Shown here: one piece after another, positions 19,892 to 29,265 of the stretch | How the letters are laid out: each line of letters starts with the position of its first letter | Numbering within the stretch: position 1 is the first letter of the stretch | Source: Planctomycetales bacterium | Lineage (GTDB): Bacteria > 4484-113 | Length of the DNA stretch: 64,000 nucleotides | Assembly: GCA_037441675.1 (NCBI GenBank) | Contig: JBBIRS010000003.1 | Coordinates: 160,001 to 224,000, forward strand | Reading direction: 5' to 3' | Position numbers and translations under genes: made by a program | The notes under the pieces: generated by a model | Seen by the model: the letters and a program-made list of their open reading frames with translations, nothing else | Told to the model about the DNA's origin: nothing | Database searches by the model: none

Positions 19892-20628
19892 TCAGCTTTT
19901 TAATCTGCTCCTTCGCGCACGGTAGTGCCAAACTCCGGTATGAGAGCTTTGCCCCCTACGCACTACGCAGATAATATCAATTGGTTCAAAATATTTCGTG
20001 AGCATTTGGTATATCATAAACCCGACCGGTGTGAATCTCCTTTTAACCCTCTGGTCACCGATGAGCCAGCCGAGAACCTTTCCTGGTTTCATTACCCGGT
20101 AACACTCTTTAGCGACTTTTTCAAGTTCCTCATAAAAGCAGGGTCTTCCGCGGATATTTTACCAATATCTGCTGGGTCATCTGAATAGCAAACATTATCA
20201 CCATATGGCGAATCTATGAAAACCATATCAATTATTTCATCATCTAAGGGTAAGTGGCGGGCGTCTGCTTTCTGCACTCGCGGGTGTTGGGGGTTAATGT
20301 CGTAGGCAATGACCGCTCTAAGCTCCTCGTCGCAAACATCGACAGTCGTTCCGCTTCCCGCCATCGGGTCAAGTACCAAGTCACCGGGCTTGGTGTAGCG
20401 CTGGAGCATATTGTAGATAATAAAAGCAGGAGTTACACCCTGAAACTTGTTGTTACCTTTGGGCTTCTTACCGTAGCTTTGCGTTGGATAGTCCCAAAGT
20501 GTTGTCGATTCTATCTTTGGCTTTTCGTCTTCCGCTTCCGATGATTCCTGACCGCAATAGACCTGTAAATCCAAACTAGGTGTAATGGAGGTCGAGCTTT
20601 TCTTCCGTTTTGCTGTTGAATCTGCCAT
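19892..20628 (-). pseudogene. DNA amino-methyltransferase (N4-C/N6-A type), frameshifted near 20135 and apparently 3'-truncated
   Basis: LDPMAGSGTT (motif I), IDSPY (motif IV); one extra T at 20134-20137 gives FYEELEKVAKECYRVMKPGKVLGWLIGD. Confidence 0.8.
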
Positions 20629-20633
20629 CGCTA

Positions 20634-21360
20634 TTAAGTCATGCTCCTTAGTTTTCGTAGGTCCTCTATTAACCGCGGAAACAGTCTTACTCGGTCACTT
20701 TCTTCTACTTCCCGAAGAACGTAGGTGCAATCCAAGTCGTGCTCAACAATAATCCTGCCTTTTTTCGCTTTTACCCTCGCAAGTTCTCCACCCTCTTTTG
20801 CCTTTGGTAGTTGCTTTAACAATGTGCCGTCTTCGTCAAGCGTGACGAACCAGCTTCTAATCGCCTTGGTGTGCGGGTCAGCCTTTAACTTGAGGCTCCG
20901 GTTGTTTGAGCGACCCTCTCACGAATGTTACTTTTGCGGATACAATCGCTACCACCTTGCGCGATTCTTTCTCATATATAATCAAATCAGCATCTGGAAC
21001 TACTCCATATCCACCGAACATAACCAACACATTTCGCATTACCGCACTTGATTCCTCATCAAGACGGGCTTTTTCGAGATTGTCGTCCGAAGTCACACTA
21101 TAACCCATAGGGCCGAGATAGTCTTGAAGCACATCTGTCAGTAGTCTCTGGAGATTCTTGCCTTTGAAGGACTTCCACGATTGCTCCGGGTCAGGTTCTT
21201 TACCTTGTGAAATTAGTTTCTTAGCTTTATCGCTCTTAAGATAGTCCGCTTTATGCTTTGACCTTGCTTTCTCAAGCAACTCTGAGATGTGCAGGTATGC
21301 TTTATCTGCGTATTTAGCCTTGAGTTCCCGGTAGAGTCTATAAAGGTCTTCGCACTTCTT
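20634..21360 (-). pseudogene. Type II restriction endonuclease, BsaWI family, multiply disrupted
   Basis: EQSWKSFKGKNL, PDADLIIY, SAKVT-(shift)-RERVAQT-(shift)-SLKLKADP...FVTLDEDG...KKGRIIVE; frameshifts near 20925 and 20902; no start codon ahead of the KKCEDLYRLY N-terminus. Confidence 0.75.
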
Positions 21361-21460
21361 CTACCTTTTTCATTCCGGCATAAATGTGGGCGGATGTCAA
21401 GTGGGTTTGGAGATGTTTGTAGATATGGCGGGAATGAGCAAATGCTCAAAAATGAGTGAA

Positions 21461-21502
21461 GTGCAAGGTGCAAAGGGCAAAGGGCAAAGTGCAGGGTTCA
21501 AT
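21461..21502 (+). repeat. Degenerate heptamer tandem repeat (GKGCAAA)x6
   Basis: gtgcaag gtgcaaa gggcaaa gggcaaa gtgcagg gttcaat. Confidence 0.7.
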
Positions 21503-21577
21503 AGTTTGGAGTTAGTAAGTTTCAGCGCTATATAAGTAGAAGCTCAAAGGGTAAAAGGGCGGCGCGGGACATCAAAC

Positions 21578-21743
21578 TGTAGGGCGCGAACTCGTATCGC
21601 GCGGAGATGACGGCGGGGTACAAGTCCCCTTCAGGGTGAACCCGCCCTACAATATTTCAATTTTGGAACTCCCGGCACTAGTCAGCTCCAGGCTGATCCT
21701 CGCCGTGGGGAAAGGACACTCCCGGGGTCGGACGTGATCCAAA
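21578..21743 (+). repeat. REP/REPIN-like palindromic element, copy 1
   Basis: TGTAGGGCG...CGCCCTACA inverted ends plus a ~90-nt tail shared with 25785-25933. Confidence 0.8.
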
Positions 21744-21975
21744 GTTAGGGGTTTTGCGCATCAGGGATTGTGATGGCTCTATTCCGCCGCAAATGAAAGC
21801 ATTTTTCGAGCGAAAGGGAAATAGCTGAACGCGGTTTAGAGGTAAATTTCAGCTCTTTAAGATAAATGTGATATAGTTAAATCTGCGTCTATTTTTTTTT
21901 CAAGATTATTCAACCGAATACTAGTGATACTAGGGTAATAATTCTTCATACGTTACTAACCAAAAGGAGCGAGCA

Positions 21976-23811
21976 ATGGCTGAAACTGCTGAAAGGCTTG
22001 ACCTAGGGACAACCGCAGATGGAGTAACTTGGGACCTAACGAGTTTCTTCCCTGAGTTTGATGGCTCTGAGATGCGAGCATTCAAGGAGGGACTTGAAAG
22101 GGATATCAAGGAGCTTCAAGGTGAGGTGAACAAGCTTGCGCCAATTAAAACAAGCAACCTGCGTGAATGGGAGGAGCTCATCCTACAATTTGAGGATTTC
22201 AGCGCTAGACTTGCGCATATTTTTGCTTACGTGGGCTGTTTGAAGGCAGCGCATACGGATAAGGATGAATACGCTCAAGAAGAGGCGAAACTGTTGCGCC
22301 TCCACGCTGAAACCGAGAAGTTTATGGTTGATGTAATGTATGGAATTAAAGGCGCATCGGATGCCATTTTTGAGAAGTTCATCTTCCGCCGAAAACTTCA
22401 GCCTGTTGCCCACGCGTTAAGAAAGATTAGAGAGCGTGCCATCAAAACCATGGGTAAGGATATGGAAAAGCTCGCATCAGACTTGAATGTTGACGGACTT
22501 AGGGCTTGGGGCAGGCTGTACGACAAAGTTACCGGGAAGCTCACTTTTGAAATGGTATATCCGGATGGCAGGAGGGAGATAAAGCCAATCTCGCAATGGC
22601 GTTCCCTGATGAGCGATGTGGACAGAGAGATTGGAAGGGCTGCGTATGAGGGAGGAAACCGCGCCTGGGCGGAAATTGAAGACATCTGCGCCTCCTGCCT
22701 TAACGCCATCTCCGGCACCCGACTCACCTTGAACAAATACCGCGGTTACGACCATTATTTGGACGTGGCTCTATTCCAGTCGCAGATAACGAAGGCTAGC
22801 TTGGATGCCATGTTTCAAGCTATTTACGAAAATGTTGAAATCGCACGAGATATATTTAGCTCTAAAGCAAAATTTATGGGCAGAAGCGGGATTTACTGGT
22901 TTGAGCGCGAGGCTCCACTTCCACTTCAAGACACGAAAAAGTATAACTGGAAGGAAGGATCTAAGATGGTGGAGGATGCGTTTGCCAGCGCTTATCCCAA
23001 ACTTGCGAAATACTACCGCTTTGCGCTGAATAACCGTTGGGTTGAATCTGAGGTGCGTCCAAACAAATTGCCTGGCGCTTTTTGCACCGGCTCTGAGTGG
23101 AACAAAGAGCAGAGAGTTTACATGACATTTAACGGCACGCTATCGGATATTGGAACTCTCGCGCATGAGTTTGGTCATGCCTTTCACGGGTACTTAATGA
23201 AAGATATGCGCCCCTTCGCCCAAGAGTATCCTATGACTCTTGCGGAAACCGCGTCCATTTTCGCGGAGCATATTTTTACCGACGGCACACTTAAAAATCC
23301 AAAGATTAGCGATACCCAGAAGCTCATAATGCTGGATGAGGATTTGACTGGCGCGGCGGTTCTGCTTTTGGATATTCCCGTTCGCTTTGAATTTGAGAAG
23401 GCGATGCATGAAGAGCGAATGAAGGGCGAGCTTTCCGTGGAGAGATTAAAAGAGCTGATGGTTGAAAAGCAGAGGGAAATTTTCGGAGATTCAATGCTTC
23501 CCGAGAGCGCAGATCCATACTTCTGGGCTAGCAAGCTCCACTTCTACATTACCGGCGTGACCTTCTACAACTTTCCCTACACCTTTGGCTTTCTTATTGC
23601 CCGAGCCCTTTACAACCTTTACAAGACAAGGGGCGAGAGTTTCTTCCCCAAGTATGAGGAACTTCTAAGGCTAGCTGGAAGTGACATGGTTGAAAATGTG
23701 GTCAAGAAAACAATTGGTGCAGATACTACTGATCCAGGCTTTTGGAGGGAGAGTATAAAGAGCCTGGAAGAACCATTGAGGAACTATAAACGCCTTCTGG
23801 GCGTTGAATGA
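21976..23811 (+). CDS. pepF: M3B oligoendopeptidase F
   Basis: TLAHEFGHAFH zinc motif, LAETASIF, FYNFPYTFG. Confidence 0.93.
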   Translation: MAETAERLDLGTTADGVTWDLTSFFPEFDGSEMRAFKEGLERDIKELQGEVNKLAPIKTSNLREWEELILQFEDFSARLAHIFAYVGCLKAAHTDKDEYAQEEAKLLRLHAETEKFMVDVMYGIKGASDAIFEKFIFRRKLQPVAHALRKIRERAIKTMGKDMEKLASDLNVDGLRAWGRLYDKVTGKLTFEMVYPDGRREIKPISQWRSLMSDVDREIGRAAYEGGNRAWAEIEDICASCLNAISGTRLTLNKYRGYDHYLDVALFQSQITKASLDAMFQAIYENVEIARDIFSSKAKFMGRSGIYWFEREAPLPLQDTKKYNWKEGSKMVEDAFASAYPKLAKYYRFALNNRWVESEVRPNKLPGAFCTGSEWNKEQRVYMTFNGTLSDIGTLAHEFGHAFHGYLMKDMRPFAQEYPMTLAETASIFAEHIFTDGTLKNPKISDTQKLIMLDEDLTGAAVLLLDIPVRFEFEKAMHEERMKGELSVERLKELMVEKQREIFGDSMLPESADPYFWASKLHFYITGVTFYNFPYTFGFLIARALYNLYKTRGESFFPKYEELLRLAGSDMVENVVKKTIGADTTDPGFWRESIKSLEEPLRNYKRLLGVE

Positions 23812-23900
23812 ACCACGAGGTGATTGTGCAAGTGACTCCATAGCCCTTATTCAAGATAAGTTATGGGCGACTTTCACAATGTTATAATCTAGAAATTGAA

Positions 23901-24863
23901 ATGTTAGTAACTGCTGAAGATCCTCTTAAAGTAATTGAAAGAGTTATTGATGATCCTGGACTTTCCTTTATCGCTAGGAACTTAGTTACGCCTCCATGGA
24001 AAGATGAGGTGAATAGGCGTCCTTTTTTGAGACGTAAACTCCAAAAAGTTCTAGGCGCTCCTGAAAGAAGGGTCAAGCCCAAATTGTTCATTAACGCTGA
24101 AAAACGCAATCTTTCCTTGGCTATTCAACGGGGAGCGGATTTCTTCATCTTTGCAAGATCAAAAAATGGCTATCGGCAAATTTTGGAGGATTTATTTTTT
24201 TGTAGATTTGAGAAGGTCAATGATTTCCTAAGTGATGATATACGTGATATTTGGCAGATGTATAATGAGGGCAAACCCTACATTTTTGTCCATTCACCCT
24301 ATCAAGCATGGAAATGCGGAGTTGAAGTGGGTTTTAAGCCGTCGTTTCCAAAGGATTGGGATGAGAAAAAGATACGAAGGAAGATGCGTATGGGAGATGC
24401 GCGGACTTGGTATGTAACTGGAAAACCTAGATTTAAGAAGCGGATTAAACACTTCTGCAGGGTGATTGAGCGAAGCGATGAGCTACTGCCACTAATAATA
24501 AAGGGAGTAGAGTATGGTGAGGGTGCAAAGGATTATCTTCGCGCCTGCTTACTTTTGGGCCCAAGCTTCGTCTGCGAAGTTGATGGCAAGCCAGTTTGTT
24601 GGTCGGGTACACACCTTTCTGGGACAATGGGAATGATCTATACACCACCAGAACATAGACGCAAAGGCTACGCAGAATCACTTTCCGCATTTCAGATAGA
24701 TTATATGCTTGAGCACTACCGCATTGCTGTCGCGCATGTGGTTTACGGCAACAGGGCAAGCGAGAGACTTCTTCAGAGCTTCGGTGCGGTTCATTCGCCG
24801 GGAACTATTACCTGGCGCACGCTAAATTGGCCGAAGAGAATGTGGAAAAGGCTTGAAGTGTGA
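23901..24863 (+). CDS. GNAT-family acetyltransferase (C-terminal GNAT domain)
   Basis: YTPPEHRRKGYA acetyl-CoA motif, N.AS..L...FG. Confidence 0.8.
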   Translation: MLVTAEDPLKVIERVIDDPGLSFIARNLVTPPWKDEVNRRPFLRRKLQKVLGAPERRVKPKLFINAEKRNLSLAIQRGADFFIFARSKNGYRQILEDLFFCRFEKVNDFLSDDIRDIWQMYNEGKPYIFVHSPYQAWKCGVEVGFKPSFPKDWDEKKIRRKMRMGDARTWYVTGKPRFKKRIKHFCRVIERSDELLPLIIKGVEYGEGAKDYLRACLLLGPSFVCEVDGKPVCWSGTHLSGTMGMIYTPPEHRRKGYAESLSAFQIDYMLEHYRIAVAHVVYGNRASERLLQSFGAVHSPGTITWRTLNWPKRMWKRLEV

Positions 24864-24870
24864 AGTTTCA

Positions 24871-25620
24871 TCAGTTCATACACCGCTTACAAGCTATTAG
24901 ACCTTCGTAAATTGTGTCATCCGCGATAATTGGGTCTTCGCCGTAAAGATTGAGGTTGTTTGAGTTTCCCTCGAGAATGTCAATGCCCGCAATTCCCGCA
25001 ACCAACGCTTGGAGTTCATCGTGGCTTAGTGTGCTATGCCTTCCTTTTATATTGAATTGGTAAGAGAGGTGGCGATACCTCGCTATTAGTTCTTCATTAC
25101 TGCATCTTCTCTTTGAGGGTAGAGGCTTCATTCCAAGCAATCTCCATTGGGCAAACGGCAAAGTTTCACAGAGGTATGTGCACTCTAAAGGAACATATGC
25201 GCTACGCTTGAATGAGTTTCTGTCTAGTAAATGCATCTTATAGCGTGTTACAAGATGGAAAAATAGTTCTACTGAGAAATGAACGAATGGCAAACAGGTT
25301 CTTGGTTTTGCCAGCCCTCTTTCGCAAACCTTTGCCGGTGCTTTAGCTTGATAGTCTGCAATTCTATAAGGAAGAGTGGAGTTAGGTTTTTTCCATCCCT
25401 GCGGTCCGTCTATAAATAGAATTCGAATTTTTTCCCTTTCACAGAAGTTGAATAAGCTCTGCGCGAGAATTTCAGGGTTCGGCTTGCCGAAAAGGGATAA
25501 CTCATTTGGCTTAATTACAGATACGAATAGTGTTTCAACATTGCAGTAATTGAGAATTACGAAACCGCAGTCATCATAGCTCCTGATTGCAAGGTCAACT
25601 GACAGAACAAGCGGGCTCAT
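24871..25620 (-). CDS. DUF429-like predicted RNase H-fold protein
   Basis: LSVDLA, FIDGPQGW, CETLP motifs. Confidence 0.6.
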   Translation of the reverse strand: MSPLVLSVDLAIRSYDDCGFVILNYCNVETLFVSVIKPNELSLFGKPNPEILAQSLFNFCEREKIRILFIDGPQGWKKPNSTLPYRIADYQAKAPAKVCERGLAKPRTCLPFVHFSVELFFHLVTRYKMHLLDRNSFKRSAYVPLECTYLCETLPFAQWRLLGMKPLPSKRRCSNEELIARYRHLSYQFNIKGRHSTLSHDELQALVAGIAGIDILEGNSNNLNLYGEDPIIADDTIYEGLIACKRCMN

Positions 25621-25784
25621 CTCCTTATTTTACTTCTTAGTCTAATGTTTGTGGATGATATTCTGAGAAGAAAAGCCCTTCACAGAACGTGCAAACGATG
25701 TCAAAGTTAAAAGAGAGGTGTTTCATGATCGGTGTGGTGCGAAGTTGTATTGCGCTGAAATTCTCAGTGGGTTTGCCCGCCTCC

Positions 25785-25960
25785 GCGGGGCGTAAACTCG
25801 TATGACGCCGTATTCGGCAGGGTATAAAACCCCGCCCTACAATATTGCAAATCTGGAGCCCACGGCGCTTGTCAACTCCAGGCTGATCCCTGCCATCGGG
25901 AAAGGGCACGCCCGGGGACGGGCGTGATCCAAATTTTTGTGCAAGCTCTCCGCCCTACAA
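25785..25960 (+). repeat. REP/REPIN-like palindromic element, copy 2
   Basis: Shares AACTCGTAT, CCCGCCCTACAATATT, CTCCAGGCTGATCC, GGGAAAGG, GTGATCCAAA with copy 1; extra CGCCCTACAA at 25951. Confidence 0.8.
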
Positions 25961-26120
25961 GTCACAAATGAGCATGTCGGGGGCTCCACTTCAGGGCATG
26001 CCCATCAGTGTAAATCCTCACTACAGTTGAAAATTATGTCGGTGAAAAAACATTTGGCTCCAGACGTTCCAGTTTGAAACTATCTTGCCTAAGATATAAT
26101 AAGATTCTTTATTATTTACA

Positions 26121-27494
26121 ATGGAAGGATACATAAAATCCACAGATTTAATGGAGACGATTAGTTCGCTCGCAAAGAGGCGAGGTTTTATCTTTCAATC
26201 TGGGGAGATATACGGAGGAGTTTCGGGCTTTTGGGATTATGGGCCACTAGGGGTGGAGCTTAAAAGGAACCTCCGAGATGCTTGGTGGGCGCATACCGTT
26301 CAGAAACGCGCGGATGTGGTGGGACTTGATTCCGCAATTATCACTCATCCGAGCACTTGGATTGCCTCGGGTCATGTTGAACATTTTCACGATGAGATGG
26401 TTGATTGTAAAAACTGCAAGAGGCGTTTCAAAGTTGAAGCAATTGACGAAGGTAAATGTCCCTACTGTGGAAATAAACAATTAACCGAACCACGTCCATT
26501 TCATCTGATGATGAAGACTTCCGTAGGAGCGGTGGAAGGAGAAGACTCAATTGCCTATTTAAGGCCGGAAACCTGTCAGTCTATATTTACTGACTTTGAT
26601 ATGATTCGCCAGACAGCTAGATTAAAGCTTCCCTTTGGTGTTGCGCAGATTGGAAAGGCTTTCAGAAACGAGATTAACCCGAGAAACTTTACCGCTAGAA
26701 GCAGGGAGTTTGAACAAATGGAAATGGAGTTCTTCTGTAGACCTGAGGAAGCTCCAGAATGGTTTGAGCATTGGAAACAGTACCGCTTTGAATGGTATCT
26801 AGGGTTAGGTTTTAAGCGCGACAATCTTCGCTTTCGTGACCATGAGCAGAAGGAGCTAGCTCATTACGCAAGGCAGGCTACTGACATTGAATACAACTTT
26901 CCCTTTGGCTGGATGGAGTTTGAGGGAATACATAACCGCACCGATTATGACTTAAGAAGCCATACAACGCACGCAAGCAAAACCCTTGAATACTATGATG
27001 AGGACACTAAGGAGCATATAACTCCATTCGTTATAGAGACCTCCGCGGGGTTGGATCGTATTCTTCTAGCGGTACTTTGCGATGCATACTCTATCGATAA
27101 AGCTCCAACTGGTGCAGAGGCACGCCTTGCTGGCTGGGAGGAAGAGGAGGAGAGGCTGGTTCTTCGTCTATCGCCCATCCTTGCACCGATTAAAGTTGCG
27201 GTTCTGCCTCTAAGAAGAAAGCTCTCAGAGGAGGCGTATAAAATTTACACGAAGTTGATGAAAATTATGCCTGCGGTGTTTGATGAGGCTGGAAGCATTG
27301 GAAGAAGATACCGTCGCCAGGATGAAATAGGCATTCCTTGGTGCGTAACTTTTGACTTCGAATCACTTGAGGATAGAAAGGTTACCATTCGTGATAGAGA
27401 CACTCTGACTCAAGAACGAGTACTTATTGATGATCTTCCAAGCATCCTGAAGGGAAGACTAGAGGTTGAATTCGCGAGGCTTCTTGCGGACTAA
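26121..27494 (+). CDS. glyQS: Glycine--tRNA ligase, homodimeric (alpha2) type
   Basis: KRRGFIFQSGEIYGG, YLRPETCQ, FRNEINP, REFEQME, GSIGRRYRRQDEIG. Confidence 0.97.
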   Translation: MEGYIKSTDLMETISSLAKRRGFIFQSGEIYGGVSGFWDYGPLGVELKRNLRDAWWAHTVQKRADVVGLDSAIITHPSTWIASGHVEHFHDEMVDCKNCKRRFKVEAIDEGKCPYCGNKQLTEPRPFHLMMKTSVGAVEGEDSIAYLRPETCQSIFTDFDMIRQTARLKLPFGVAQIGKAFRNEINPRNFTARSREFEQMEMEFFCRPEEAPEWFEHWKQYRFEWYLGLGFKRDNLRFRDHEQKELAHYARQATDIEYNFPFGWMEFEGIHNRTDYDLRSHTTHASKTLEYYDEDTKEHITPFVIETSAGLDRILLAVLCDAYSIDKAPTGAEARLAGWEEEEERLVLRLSPILAPIKVAVLPLRRKLSEEAYKIYTKLMKIMPAVFDEAGSIGRRYRRQDEIGIPWCVTFDFESLEDRKVTIRDRDTLTQERVLIDDLPSILKGRLEVEFARLLAD

Positions 27495-27541
27495 CATAAT
27501 GCATTTCTGTTTTCAAGAACAATTTTTATAGGAGGAAATTT

Positions 27542-29014
27542 ATGGATGTTCAGATTTCTACCTGTGTGTCAGACCTGAAGAGAGGTCGTGGAGAGCTTTT
27601 GGTAGTTATTGTAGATGACGAGTTAAATTTTCTTTCCCCAAAAAGTACATTTTATTCAGAGGCAAAGAAAATTTTGATTAAAGCCAAGGAGAAGAAACTT
27701 CCAGAGGAAGAGTACATTTCCGGCAGTAACTTTGGTATAAACTTTGAAAGAGTTTGTTTTTCGCCACTGCGCCTTCAAGCTTATCAAGATAAATCAGACC
27801 AGTTAAGAACTTGCGTTGCGAGGGCGGTTGACTTTGCTAGAAAAAGACACTTTAGAAAGGTAAGTTTTCTCCTGGAAACTAAAGAAGCTTCTAAAGAGTA
27901 TAAAAAATTAGTTGACGGAGCAGTTTTAGGTGGATATGAGTTTACCTCCTTCAAAAAGAGTGATTACGCCAAGAAATTGATTGTTGAGCTGATGCTTCCC
28001 GCTTCAGAGAATCTCAAAGTGAGGAAATTAGCCAAGGAGTGGGAACAGGTTTGTGATTCAGCAAATCTCGCTAGAGACTTGATAAACCAACCTGGCTCTG
28101 CTATGACGCCCGGCCATCTCACAGGTTACGCGCGACAGATTGCATTGAAGTATGGCCTTGAATTCCATTCTCTCCAGTTTGGTGAGCTTCAAAAGAAGGG
28201 TTACGTTGGGCTAGTGAGCGTGGGTAAGGGTAGCGAGAATCATCCGTTTCTTTTTTCAATTGTTTATAGAGGTACTTCAAGCAAAAAGATTGACACTATC
28301 CTTATTGGTAAAGGAATAACCTTTGATACTGGTGGTATCTCACTAAAGCCTTGGGATCATATGTGGGAGATGAAAGGAGATATGAGTGGCGCAGCGTGCG
28401 TTATTCACGTTATGGATGCTATTGCCAAATTGAAACCGAAGAAAAACATCGCTATAGTTGTCCCAGCCGCTGAGAACCGACCAAGTTCCCGAGCCTACCT
28501 TCCCGGTGATATCCTTCGTTACAGGAATGGCAAGACCGTTGAGATTCATTCAACGGATGCGGAGGGCCGATTAGTATTGGCTGATGCGTTTATTTACGCT
28601 TATGAGAGATTCCAGCCAAAGGTAATGGTTGATGTGGCAACACTCACAGGCGCATGCGCTAGAGCCCTTGGGCAGGATTACACGGGTTTAATGGCAAATG
28701 ACAAGAAGCTAGCGCAGTCAATCATTGAAAAAGGTTATGACAACGGCGAGAAGATTTGGGAGCTTGCTCTGCCAATTGAATATGAGGAGGACATTGTTTC
28801 GCCCATTGCGGATATCAAGAATGTAGGTGGCGCGCTAGCGGGTGCTCAAACTGCCGGGCTTTTCTTGAAACACTTTGTTCCTGAGAGTGTTAACTGGGCG
28901 CATCTTGATATCGCTGGAACTTTCTTCTACGAAAGAAAGCGCAAATACTTTTTTCAACCAGGTGCAACCGGCGTGATGGTAAGAACGCTGACCGATTGGG
29001 TCATGCATTCGTAA
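27542..29014 (+). CDS. pepA: Leucyl aminopeptidase (M17)
   Basis: GKGITFDTGG, MKGDMSGAA, STDAEGRL, ATLTGA, HLDIAG. Confidence 0.95.
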   Translation: MDVQISTCVSDLKRGRGELLVVIVDDELNFLSPKSTFYSEAKKILIKAKEKKLPEEEYISGSNFGINFERVCFSPLRLQAYQDKSDQLRTCVARAVDFARKRHFRKVSFLLETKEASKEYKKLVDGAVLGGYEFTSFKKSDYAKKLIVELMLPASENLKVRKLAKEWEQVCDSANLARDLINQPGSAMTPGHLTGYARQIALKYGLEFHSLQFGELQKKGYVGLVSVGKGSENHPFLFSIVYRGTSSKKIDTILIGKGITFDTGGISLKPWDHMWEMKGDMSGAACVIHVMDAIAKLKPKKNIAIVVPAAENRPSSRAYLPGDILRYRNGKTVEIHSTDAEGRLVLADAFIYAYERFQPKVMVDVATLTGACARALGQDYTGLMANDKKLAQSIIEKGYDNGEKIWELALPIEYEEDIVSPIADIKNVGGALAGAQTAGLFLKHFVPESVNWAHLDIAGTFFYERKRKYFFQPGATGVMVRTLTDWVMHS

Positions 29015-29265
29015 ATGCGGCTATTTCACCTTGAGAGGCGATTTTTTTGTGAGGTTAGAAAACGGGAGCGTATGATTTGTGGTAGACAACTGCATTTCTA
29101 ATGCGAAAGTGGCTATGTGCACCATTTTTAATTTAATGCCAAATCTGGCAGAGAGTAGTGTAAAATGGTAGTACCTTAAGAGGGCTGCGGCTCGCGAGGA
29201 AGGGCTTGCCTTTCCTATGCGAGCTATTTTTTTCGTTGGTCGTGGTGAATCTATGGACGATTTAG

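Noticed and set aside
21461..21743. CRISPR array
   Set aside because: No regularly spaced identical repeats with unique spacers and no cas genes; the repeats are heptameric or REP-like.
25960..26120. T-box riboswitch before glyQS (also checked before trpS, lysS and serS)
   Set aside because: No GGTGGNACCGCG T-box motif or terminator; -10 boxes lie close to the starts.
29183..29215. Possible degenerate REP between pepA and lysS
   Set aside because: Single short imperfect palindrome that does not match the two REP-like copies.
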